The translations under genes and the position numbers were made by a program. A DNA stretch of 63,550 bases, the filler included, from Octopus bimaculoides (Eukaryota), in NCBI RefSeq assembly GCF_001194135.2. It is 5 parts of 5 records of this genome, joined end to end, with 100 filler letters (N's around TTAATTAATTAA, not from the genome) between each part and the next. Parts side by side here need not be neighbours in the genome. Positions count along the whole stretch, not along the records: positions 18,456 to 35,487 come from NC_068982.1; positions 35,588 to 43,690 come from NC_068986.1; 3 more parts are not named here. One strand, 5' to 3'. This document shows positions 28,046-38,371 of the stretch, in pieces; position 1 is the stretch's first letter; the number at the start of each line of letters is the position of its first letter. The notes beneath the pieces were generated by a model. That model was not told the DNA's origin, did not search any database, and saw nothing but the letters and a program-made list of their open reading frames with translations.

Positions 28046-31000
28046 CAGGCTTCCACACAATTTCATCAATCAAATTCGCTCATACGGCATGCATGCAGGT
28101 ATGTATGTATGTATGTATATATATGTTTGTATGTATGTGTGTGTGTATGTATGTATGTATGTATGTATGTATGCATGTATGTATGTATGTATTATGTATG
28201 CATGTATGTATGTATGTATGTATGTAGATAGACAGATAAAGTTTCAAATTACTTACTTCATTATCAGAGGATATTTCACTAGAACAGATGGTGATTAATT
28301 CAGACATAGCATAATAACTGGTGAATTCCCAAAGACATGTCTCCAAATTTAGGTTTCTGAAAGTAAAATTTTAAATAAAAGAACAACATGAATGCATTAT
28401 TTTATTGAACTTAACAAGTTTGAATTCAGAATGTAAATAGAGTTATAATAAATGCTGCTGATGTTTAGTCTCTAGCTCTACTGATTTTTATTTTCTTAGT
28501 ATTTAACCTGTATAATATTATATTTAATATATATTATATAAATGTACTCAATGACAAATGTCTGAGACCTTTGGCAATATACAGTGCTTGAGAAGAAAAC
28601 CCATCAAGCCAAGTGAAATCGTAGTCATGGCAAATACCAGTGTCACACAACTGGCACCCATGCTGGTGGCATGCAAATGCACCCATTACATTCTTGGAGT
28701 GGTTGGTGGTGTTAGGAAGGGCTTCCAGCCATAGAAACCATGCCAAATCAGACTAGAATCTGGTGCAGCCCCTTAGCTTACCGGCCCTGGTCAAACTGTC
28801 CAACCCATGCCAGCATGGACAATGGATGTTAAATGATGATGATGATTATACAGATATAATATTTTTTTAATAAATTATTGTTTCTACTAGGAAACCCAGA
28901 GTAGCTGTATTTGACAAGAATTGTGGTTTTTTGATACAACATTAATTATAAAATACAATATTTATTATGCTGTATGCTGTATTATATTCAAGATTCATAT
29001 ATCTTAAATATGTATATATTATTATAAGTATATGGAAATGAAAGCATAATTTGATGCATGACCACTAAAAGATTCATTCATCCTATATATCAAATATATC
29101 CATCCTGTTGGGTTTGATGTATCTCTATAATAATATTGATTTTTACTTACAGAAGGACATAATGAGTATAAGAAGTAAGAAGTGAAAGAGCTTAATTGAG
29201 AATTGAACCTTGAGTTTACTACTACTCTCTATTATTTGTAGTCTTCATCTCATCCTCATATCTGCCACAACATATTCATATATGTAAACATGTGTGCACA
29301 TACATACATAATTACACAGAAAAATGGAACCAACCTGTAGAAACGAAGAGCAGACTTTCCTCTTAATTTGCCATTAAACTGGTATGGTTCTATCTCTTTT
29401 ATATTATGGACACTCTGTGTCTGATTGCTAATAAATCCAAAGTTAGTTTGTATTTCATTATAGTCCAAAAGGTTTGAGCATCGATGCTGACCAATTCTGG
29501 TTCCATCCGGGCTGAGGATAAGTTCAAAATTGGATAAATGTCTTGTTGAAATTGCTGGTAGCATCCCATCTTGATGTGGAACAGTGACTGTAATTTGTAT
29601 CTTGTTGGCATAAACAGAATCCTGAGAGCCTGGAATTGATAAAATTTTAAAATCTAATATGAACATTGAATAACTAAGTAACTCTGAAATCTGTTAATAT
29701 TAGCAGAAATTGTGACTTTGTCAATGTTTGAATCAATAGGCTGGATTCTATATATTTTCCATTTACTGGTTCTTTATATGAAATATTATCTATAAATATT
29801 GGCCAATTTTGGAGTAAGTCACAAAATAAAGAGGAATCATAGTGCAAATCACAAAACGTAAAGTTATCATAAAATATTTGATCACAAAATGTGGGTGAAG
29901 GACTGTATGTGTGTCATGAAATAGAAAATGTGGTAGTCTTCTTATTTTAGCCATAAATGTAGTGTTGTCAGGTTTAAATTTACAATCTAGTCTTTGGATG
30001 ACTTTAGTAGAGTTTCTCTGTTGTAAGTATTCAAATGAGGACTCAATCCCCACCCTGCCCATATTTTCCTGCAGACATTGACTGGTAGATTTTCAAGCTG
30101 GGAAATGGTCACACTAATCTCACCAGTCTTGTGAGGGTCCACAAAGGTGATAATAATTTATCGATAATAATAATCCTGTCTACTATAGGCTCAAAGCCTG
30201 AAATTTAGTAGGACGGGGTAAGTCGAGTACATTGACCCCAGTGTGTAACTGATGCTTATTTAATTGACCTTGAAAGGATGAAAGGTCAAGTTGACCTCAG
30301 CAGAATTTGAATATAAGGATGGAATGAGCTTATTGTATATAGTGGTTTTTGGACACTACAACTCACGAGAAAAGGGTCAAGGGGATAGAAAAACAGCTAT
30401 AAGACAAGTAAAGATAAATGACACTGTGTGTGTGTGTGTGTGTGTGTGTGTACTCAACCACACATACACACACATGCACACAAACACACAATTACATACA
30501 TAGCTGTTATGTGTGTCATATATAAATAACAAAAACTTCACTTTGACAGTGTATAAGAAAATAAATAAAAAAAAACATCTTGCTCAACAACTTACTGATG
30601 TATCTTAGTTTTGCAGAGAAGGGTTCAAAATCCAGAGAATTGGCATTCTGGGGTTTACAGAGTCCTTTGCCTGAACTGATAATAGTTGGGAAACTTAAAA
30701 GTTCCAAACCAGGGTCACCATCTACATTGACAGCTCGAGCACCACACTGAACTTCACTGCCTGAAAACCACAGAAAACAAGAACAAAAAAAAAAAAAAAA
30801 NNNNNNNNNNAAAAAAAAAAAAAAAAAAAAGAGTTACAAATGGTATTTTTCTAACTTTTGTGAAAGAAACAGAATTGGGGATAGAATTGGAGACAAACCC
30901 CATTTCATAATCAACATCAGCCTCTTTGATATCACAGGATATTGGGATTGAGAAGGGTAGCTGCAAATGTGATAGAGGCCAGACTCATCGTTTTTCTTTT

Positions 31001-32662
31001 ACTTGTTTCAGTCATTTGACTGTGGCCATGCTGGGGTACTGCCTTGAAGGTTTTTAGTCAAATAAATCGACCCTGGGACTTATTTTTTAAGCCTAGTACT
31101 TATTCTATTGGTCTCTTTTGCCGAACTGTTAAGTTACAGGGACATAAACACACCGACACCAGTTGTTGAGTGGTGGTGGGAGACAAACACAGACACAGAT
31201 ATATACATACACACACATATATAACCTCGTGGGCATCGGTACCATTTTCCTCTTTCTCCGTTCTTCCATTCTCCGAACTTTCCATCTTTCCGACGAAGGG
31301 CTACGCCCGAAACGTCATACACTCTCTCTTTCCTTTCCTGAGCGTCCAATAATACTATCCATATCACGTCCTCACTTTGTTGTTTTTTTGTTTTTTTGTT
31401 ATTGTTTTTTTTAACTNNNNNNNNNNNNNNNNNNNNNNNNNNNNNNNNNNNNNNNNNNNNNNNNNNNNNNNNNNNNNNNNNNNNNNNNNNNNNNNNNNNN
31501 NNNNNNNNNNNNNNNNNNNNNNNNNNNNNNNNNNNNNNNNNNNNNNNNNNNNNNNNNNNNNNNNNNNNNNNNNNNNNNNNNNNNNNNNNNNNNNNNNNNN
31601 NNNNNNNNNNNNNNNNNNNNNNNATATATGTATCTGTGTTTGTTCCCTCACTATTGCTTGACACCAATGTTGGTGTATTTATGTGCCCATAACTTAGCGG
31701 TTCAACAAAAGAGTCTGATAGAATAAGTACTAGGCTTATAAAAAATAAGTCCCGGGTTTGATTTGTTCAACTAAAGGTGGTCCTCCAGCACGGCTACAGT
31801 TAAATGACTGAAACAAGAAAAAGAATAAAAGAATATATATATATGTATATATATGTATGCATATACGATGGGCTACTTTCAGTTTCTGTCTATCAAATCC
31901 ACTCACAAGACTTTGGTTGGTCCAAGGTTATACTAAAAGACGTTTGCTCAAGGTGTTACACAGCAGGACTGAACCTAGAACCATGTGCTTGGGAAGCAAG
32001 TTTCTGACCACTCAGTCAGACCTGTGCCTTAGTTCATACATTCAATTTAAATGGAAATGATATATACATATAAAGAAAGAAAGGTTTATGTTTTGACTTA
32101 AAGGGACTTAAATTATAACATTTGTTAATGGTAATATTTTAGATCAGTGGTTCACAACTGGGTCTATATGGCCCATGGGGGTCTACATAAGATTTTGCTG
32201 CTAATATTTATGAGCAATAAATTGGTTATACTTCTACATTACACAAAATATTTCAACAATTTTTTTTATACTGTTCCTAATAATATTTAATTATAAAAAT
32301 ATAATGGGACATTTTTTTAAATGTCAAATGTCAATGAGGGTCCAGCAAAGTAAAATAGGAATCAAAAGGTCCCATAGGCAAAAAATTGTTGAGAAACACT
32401 ATTTTAGATAAGGCAGAATTCCAATATATCTCTTGATAGAAAAATCCATTTTACCTGGTCCAAAGTATATACTGTCTAACGTGATTCCTTTTGTGGATGT
32501 GAAGAAAGTGTTGGCTTCAACATTACTTAAACCACTAGGAGCATCATCAGGGTGTCTTGGAGCAGAGACACGCCAGCGGAATCTGGTCAGTGTATCATTA
32601 ATGCCTTCTTTCTCGCAGAGCTCTTTGCTTGTTGAAAAGTCAGGATGTCTTGGATTACATGG
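19142..32662 (-). CDS. FREM2: FREM2/ECM3-like extracellular matrix protein, partial: 10 exons, 1785 nt, 595 codons. Exons: 32455-32662, 30596-30760, 29335-29629, 28257-28356, 23516-23708, 22995-23099, 22557-22684, 22034-22289, 21619-21806, 19142-19288
   Basis: All exons have canonical AG/GT boundaries and compatible phases (0-1-1-2-0-1-1-0-1-0-0), with no stop in the spliced frame. Peptides align collinearly with recalled vertebrate FREM2 C-terminal sequence. Confidence 0.93.
19361..19606. mobile_element. Fold-back MITE-like element (about 245 bp, long imperfect inverted repeat)
   Basis: GAGTCATATTGCCTTAATATCTAACACACTCACTGGTTCAATTT pairs with AAATTGAACCGGTGAGTGTGTTAGATATTAACGCAGGATGACTC; inner TTTGTCAATG/CATTGACAAG also pair. 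Confidence 0.8.
20590..20975 (-). mobile_element. tRNA-derived SINE family C (head GTGGAGGCGCAATGGCCCAGTGGTTAGG...); related head at 53195-53490
   Basis: Box A/box B-like tRNA head on the minus strand; multi-copy. Confidence 0.8.
21619..21806 (-). CDS. FREM2: FREM2-like exon I (188 nt): [63 protein letters not shown]
   Basis: Boundaries cctttctag|GA and TTG|gtaaga; resembles IYGRVMVDP...[23 protein letters not shown]. Confidence 0.93.
22034..22289 (-). CDS. FREM2: FREM2-like exon H (256 nt): [18 protein letters not shown]...[26 protein letters not shown]...DVFTY
   Basis: Boundaries catttcag|ATC and TATG|gtaaat; resembles DYSGTYTVKLVPCT...QQVSDPVAAEFSLNT. Confidence 0.94.
22557..22684 (-). 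CDS. FREM2: FREM2-like exon G (128 nt): [43 protein letters not shown]
   Basis: Boundaries aaattctag|AT and GGT|gtaagt; resembles [30 protein letters not shown]. Confidence 0.93.
22995..23099 (-). CDS. FREM2: FREM2-like exon F (105 nt): [35 protein letters not shown]
   Basis: Boundaries ctatttcag|GT and CTAG|gtaaat; resembles [34 protein letters not shown]. Confidence 0.93.
23516..23708 (-). CDS. FREM2: FREM2-like exon E (193 nt): [64 protein letters not shown]
   Basis: Boundaries ttcttctctag|ATC and AAAG|gttaga; resembles [22 protein letters not shown]. Not in the supplied ORF track. Confidence 0.92.
24395..24520 (-). mobile_element. Penelope-type/retrozyme-like repeat carrying a degenerate hammerhead motif; second copy at about 56060-56200 (+)
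   Basis: The two copies align over about 120 bp and contain GAGC-GTAG-GCTC-GAAAC. Confidence 0.5.
28257..28356 (-). CDS. FREM2: FREM2-like exon D (100 nt): [33 protein letters not shown]
   Basis: Boundaries tactttcag|A and GAA|gtaagt; resembles [20 protein letters not shown]. Confidence 0.93.
29335..29629 (-). CDS. FREM2: FREM2-like exon C (295 nt): [56 protein letters not shown]...ALRFYR
   Basis: Boundaries caattccag|GC and ACAG|gttggt; resembles [40 protein letters not shown]. Confidence 0.95.
30596..30760 (-). CDS. FREM2: FREM2-like exon B (165 nt): [55 protein letters not shown]
   Basis: Boundaries ggttttcag|GC and ATCA|gtaagt; resembles [20 protein letters not shown]...EPFSAKLRY. Confidence 0.93.
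31286..31320 (+). ncRNA. Minimal type-I hammerhead-like motif (U4C variant) in a Penelope-type repeat
   Basis: C-CGACGA-A-GGGC-TAC-GCCC-GAAAC-GTC; palindromic ACGT stem III. Confidence 0.5.
32145..32401. mobile_element. hAT (Charlie-like) MITE, 257 bp
   Basis: TIRs CAGTGGTTCACAAC / GTTGAGAAACACTA; 8-bp TSD TTTTAGAT at 32137-32144 and 32402-32409. Confidence 0.88.
32455..32662 (-). CDS. FREM2: FREM2-like exon A (208 nt): [35 protein letters not shown]...[17 protein letters not shown]
   Basis: Boundaries ttttcag|CCA and CCAG|gtaaaa; resembles FREM2 CNPKYSDY...INDTLTRYRWLISAP...TLDSIYF. Confidence 0.93.
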
Positions 32663-32690
32663 CTGAAAAGACAATAGATACAATATTATA

Positions 32691-33037
32691 ATGAGCACTC
32701 AGAGAGCGCAAACCAAGGCAACACCAATGTCCTCTCAATGATTTTTAGAATGAGAATATCTGAAATAAACTCAACTGCTCTCACAAACAAGAATACTAAA
32801 AATGAATCCGACCACTCTCAAAAATTAAGTAAAAAAAAAAGGAAAAATAATCCAGAATCCTTTTCCGGTACTGGATCGATCCCAAAATCTAATCAGTTTG
32901 TGCCAGTCACGAGGCCAAACATCCCTGAAAGTTTCATTTGAATCCATCCAGCGGTTCTTGAGATATCTTGTCCATGGACAAACAAACAAACAAACAAACA
33001 TGACTGAAAACAATACCTCCGTCTTCGCTAAGGCTGA

Positions 33038-33040
<3 letters not shown>
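32691..33040. mobile_element. HINE/Helentron-type non-autonomous element
   Basis: GAGCACTCAGAGAGCGCAAACC start, (CAAA)n tract, terminal ACCTC...GAGGT hairpin. Confidence 0.6.
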
Positions 33041-33094
<54 letters not shown>

Positions 33095-33229
33095 CAGGAG
33101 GGTTCTAAGCACTTGAAAGACTGCTGAAAACATGTGGATACTTAAGGTTACAGGTAGTAACCAGCTACCCACATAAACCATACCAGGAATAAGACTGAAT
33201 CTGAGCCAAACCAAAATAATGGTTTCAAA

Positions 33230-33437
33230 TTTAGGCACAAGGCCAGCAATTTAGGAGTGGGGGGGGGATAGCCAATTACATCGACCCTAGTGCTCGACTG
33301 GTACTTATTTTATCAAACCCAAAAGGATGAAAGGCAAAGTTGGCCTCGTTGGAATTTGAACTTAGAACATAAAGATGGATGAAATGGTGCTAAGCATTTT
33401 GCCTGGTATGCTAATGATTCTGCCAGCTCGCCACCTT
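33230..33437 (-). mobile_element. SINE family A
   Basis: Reverse complement matches 5813-6060. Confidence 0.8.
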
Positions 33438-34223
33438 AAAAACAATGAATAATAATAAATAAAGGAGAAAAGAATGTTTATAAATTCAATAAATCATCAT
33501 TGGTTTTTAATTCTATTGAGAGTTTCCTGAAATAATGAGAAAAACAATATCCTCTTATGTCAATAATAAAAAAAAAATTCTTTTGGCTATTTGGAATTTG
33601 GTATATACAGTAAATTTTCCGATACTTTATTGCTAATATAATAGTAATCATAAACACACTCATACACATTCACACATACATACAAACACACTCTCACTCA
33701 TTTTCCCTTATGCACATACACATGCGTGAACATAACAGTATTTGTGTATGAGTGTTATCCACTTCTATAATTTCCTGTAGTGGCTCAATACACACACACA
33801 CATACACATTTACATCCACATATATGCTTGCATGTATGTGCCTATGTGTGTGTGTGTTATACACTCAACGTTTTAGTACATTGACTAAACACTCATACAC
33901 ACACTCACACAAATACACACACACATACACATGGATAAGTGAAGGCATGCTACTCTCCCATACTCAACTGAACAAACTAAACACAAGCCAATGAGCAGGC
34001 CTCTATGTGGTTGTTCAATATATAAGAAACAACAACCAAATCCCCTCAAAATCATACCCCATTCTTTTGGAAAAGGGTATGTAAATTGTTGTCCTGATTT
34101 CCCTGCGGATATGGAATAGATGATATGGTCATGGCTGGAATAACTTTGATCATAGCTCTGCTTGATCAGGGCTGACTTGGGACTGAGCAGCAACAACTGA
34201 GCACTTAGTATATACGTCGTGTG

Positions 34224-34273
<50 letters not shown>

Positions 34274-34287
34274 TGTANNNNNNNNNN

Positions 34288-34319
<32 letters not shown>

Positions 34320-35439
34320 TGTATATGTTTGTGCATCTGTGTTTGTCCCTCCCCAACATTGCTTGACAACCAATGCTGGTGTGTTTCTGTCCCTGTAACT
34401 TAGTGGTTCGGCAAAAGAGACCGATAGAATAAGTACTAGGCTTACAATGAATAAGTCCTGGTGTCGATTTGCTCAACTAAAGGTGGTGCTCCAGCATGGC
34501 AGCAGTCAAATGACTGAAACAAGTTAAAGAATAAAAGAATATATACACACAGGTACACCATAGGTATGCATGAGAGTGTGTTTTGCATTCCAACATTTTA
34601 ATTAAATATATGAACACACATAGATGCCTATATACACAGATGCATAAACACACACACACACACACACACACACTAAATACATACATGCATACATACATTC
34701 ACACATATGCACACATACATAAATTTATGCATACATACATACATGGATCCATACATAGACAAGCAGGCATACATACATACACATGCATGCAAGTATGCAT
34801 TCATACACACATGCATGCATACATAATGCACTAACACACACATACATATAAAGGTATATGTACACACATGCGCTTACATACACACACACACAAACACACT
34901 CACATACGTACATAGATACATACTACACATACATATATACGCACATATATATACACACGTACATAGATAGACACACACACACACACATAATTGTGTTCAT
35001 ACATACATACACACATTCATACATAATTAATTAATTAATTAAATAATAAAGGCTCTTGTTATGATTACTAAATTTCATTAAAGCAAAATAAAAAGAAAAA
35101 GAAATATTCTACAGATTTAAATTATTTTTCATGATCAGCAAATTATTTTTCTAACAGGTTATTTATATGGGAGTTGATGAGAGAGAGAAAGAGAGAGAGA
35201 GAGGGAGAGAAGGGGAGAGAGATAGGGAGAGATAGAGAAAGAGACAGAGTGAGAGTGGGAGAGAGAGAGAGAAAGAGAGAATGAATCAGTAAACATTAAT
35301 GAGGCAGGGAGAGAATATAGGGAGAGAAATATATGTGTAAATTTGAAATCAGATACATTGATGCCAAGACATACATGCATGCTAGCATACATACGTAGAT
35401 ACATACATACACACACACATATATATATACATGCATACA

Positions 35440-35487
<48 letters not shown>

Positions 35488-35589
35488 NNNNNNNNNNNNN
35501 NNNNNNNNNNNNNNNNNNNNNNNNNNNNNNNTTAATTAATTAANNNNNNNNNNNNNNNNNNNNNNNNNNNNNNNNNNNNNNNNNNNNAT

Positions 35590-35757
35590 ATATATACCAC
35601 GGGCTTCTTTCAGTTTCCGTCTACCAAATCCACTCACAAGGCTTTGGTCGACCCGAGGCTATAGTAGAAGACACTTGCCCAAGGTGCCACGCAGTGGGAC
35701 TGAACCCGGAACCATGTGGTTGGTAAGCAAGCTACTTACCACACAGCCACTACTGCG
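35590..35757 (-). mobile_element. SINE family B head (GCAGTAGTGGCTGTGTGGTAAG...GGAAACTGAAAGAAGCCCGT)
   Basis: tRNA-like head; related copies at about 18950-19110, 31865-32030, 49420-49750, 56220-56390. Confidence 0.8.
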
Positions 35758-35793
<36 letters not shown>

Positions 35794-35821
35794 TGTTATT
35801 ATTATTATCATCATCATTTTT

Positions 35822-36040
35822 AAGGGGGTGAGCTGGCAGAATCGTTAACATGCTAGACGAAATGCTTAGCGGTATTTCGCCCGTCGTTGCGTTCTGAGTT
35901 CAAATTTCACCGAAGTCGACTTTGCCATTCATTGTTTCGGAGCCGATAAATTAAGTACAAGGTGAACACTGGGTCTATGTAATCGACACATCCCCTCCTT
36001 CAGAATGGCTGCCCTTGTGACAAATTTTGAAACCACGATT
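35822..36040 (+). mobile_element. SINE family A
   Basis: Matches 5813-6060. Confidence 0.8.
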
Positions 36041-37867
36041 ATTATTATTATTAGTCTTAATTTCGTTGCTTTTACTGCACTGAACGCAGCTCTGTATGCC
36101 TTCGGTATGTGCGGTGTTTTGTTTGCACTATTTTTACTGTATTGCAAATACTCCACGTAATTTGTATGCGGTGCATAGTAGAGCTATTTTCTGTATGTTA
36201 TAGATAATTGGTAAGTTCTGTGGTTTTGGTAATGTATTTGACCGCATGATTATTTGATCGTTATTATTTGAAATAATCATCGTCGTCGTTTTTGTTATCA
36301 TTATTACAAGATAATTGATCGCAAATCTTTTTCCCCAGTTGCTTCCTTTCTTTTTTTTTCTTTGTTTGTTAAAATCTTGACTGTACTGTAAAAAAAAAAA
36401 AAATACAGAAAAAGCCGAAAGCTGAAATGAAAATTAAATGAGAAGGAAAAACTTGCAGCGAAAAACGAACTCTCCTATCAAACGTTTTGTTAATTAAGTA
36501 GCTAAATGATGAAAAGGAAAAAAATGTACTTTTATTTGCTCGTTTTAAAAGACGGTTTGTGTGTATAAACATATTAAAAATGTTATTTGTGGCATTTTCT
36601 ATCCTGAAACAGCTTCGACGTTATTAATCAAAGCAAAATTTTTGACAAATTTAAAAGAATTGTTAATTTCTGAATGCTAATTTTATTACCATTTCTATTA
36701 TAAAAAAAATTTTTTTTGTGTATGTGTGTTAGTGTTAACTTATTATTTTTTTTCTTTGTTTCATTATTTATTTATTGAAAAGTCATTTCTCTAATTAAAA
36801 CAAAAAATAATTCGAACAAAACAAATAGCAGTAGTACCAACAACGGCACCATCAACAACATCAACAACAACAATAACGACGACAAGGACGATAAAACACT
36901 CTTTGTACTGAATTGGAAACAGAAAGAAGAAAAATCATAAATATATATTTAAGAAAGAAACAATCAGATTCCTTTTGGCATTTCTTCATCAAATGAAACA
37001 TCTGTCTTAATATGGCAAAAATTCTCTTGGAGAAACTATGATATGCAAAGAAATAATTTCCTTACCTGTTTCTCTTTCACCAGTTCTAACTTCGTACTCT
37101 TCCTCGGTCTATTACTCCTCCCTCTCTCACATTCTCTCCTCCACCAAATCTCTATCACACACGAATATTTGCCTATGACTTTATGATTTTAAGCCATTCC
37201 TTTCTGAATTTCTCTTTGTTTCTCTCACAACTCTTTCTCTCCTTTCACTCCGTTTCTCACGTTTTTACCTCTCCATTCTTTTTTTCTGCCTCTCTTTTCT
37301 ATTCTCCGTCTGTCTCCTCCTCATCTCTTCCTCTTCTCTCTATTTGTTTACCTGTCATCCCTCTCTTTCTCTATCAGTATTTCCGACGTTCTCATTAACT
37401 CTTTCCCCGTATGTTTTCTTTTAATTGTATCTCACTCCAGTAATACAAGTCTTATCAATGCGTCCGCCATTTTCTATTCTGTGAACTAACGGCCTCTCTC
37501 TTCCAAAAACTCTCATGGCCAAACAAAATCTGCCTCTTCAATTTCTACGTTTTCTCTCCAAGCTCGTGAACCTATGAACTCACTTTCAATTCAAATTCAG
37601 TCCCGGATGACCTTGCCTTTCATCTTTTCGGGGTCGATAAATCAAGTACCAGTGTAAAATAGAGGTCGATATAATCGACTAGTCGTTTCCTCTCATATTT
37701 CAGGCCCTGTGCCTTTAGTAGAAAACATTATTATTATTATTATTATTATTATTTAGAGAGCAGCGCAAGTGATCAAAGTGACACTGGGGTACAAATATAG
37801 TAAGCCTGATATATCCACTATGAATATCTGTCTGATAATGGTACACCAAACACATGCATCATAACCA

Positions 37868-37911
<44 letters not shown>

Positions 37912-37919
37912 AACGGCCA

Positions 37920-38371
37920 CCTAATGGAACCGTTTCCCATAGTTCTCTCGTTCAAGGATGTTCTGTTGGGGAATTTCAACCATGTTTCGTGGTCTGCTAC
38001 CACAACAGCTCCTTTATAGGATCCAGTTAGCTCAAGACATCATCAGGAGGAACCACGTCCGGTTTCAGCCCCTACTCCTCTACCGTTTTGACGTGGCGGG
38101 GCCCCCTCCTTTCGGAGGTGTCTTCAGCTCTGGTGTTGGGTGCATGTCTTCTTTCACTGTTTGTGACTGTTCTAATTCAACTGTGGAATGTCCCTCGCTA
38201 TGGTTATTTTCCAGGAGGTTCTGGCCACATGTCTTACGGTTCATCAACCTGCGTTGTTGAATTACTTTCTTCTGACATACCTTCCCTTGGTGGATTAGGA
38301 TCCAGTTAGCTGAAGACATCATCAGGAGGAACCACGTCCGGTTTCGGCCCCTACTCCTCTACCGTTTTGAC
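37920..38371 (-). mobile_element. Possible Penelope-like 3' fragment with a 76-bp direct repeat (38017-38092 / 38296-38371)
   Basis: The direct repeat is certain; family assignment rests only on a WKITIARDIPQLN-like end and the partial-tandem layout. Confidence 0.35.

Noticed and set aside
29790-30150. Minus-strand open frames in the intron between exons B and C ([15 protein letters not shown]; [12 protein letters not shown])
   Set aside because: Exons B and C already join in phase and collinearly with FREM2; no paired splice sites or recognisable domain
33100-33238. ORF segment MVYVGSWLLPVTLSIHMFSAVFQVLRT as the upstream FREM2 exon or signal peptide
   Set aside because: No match to the expected ...GYPVICIT sequence, no usable donor, and it lies between a SINE and (AAT)n
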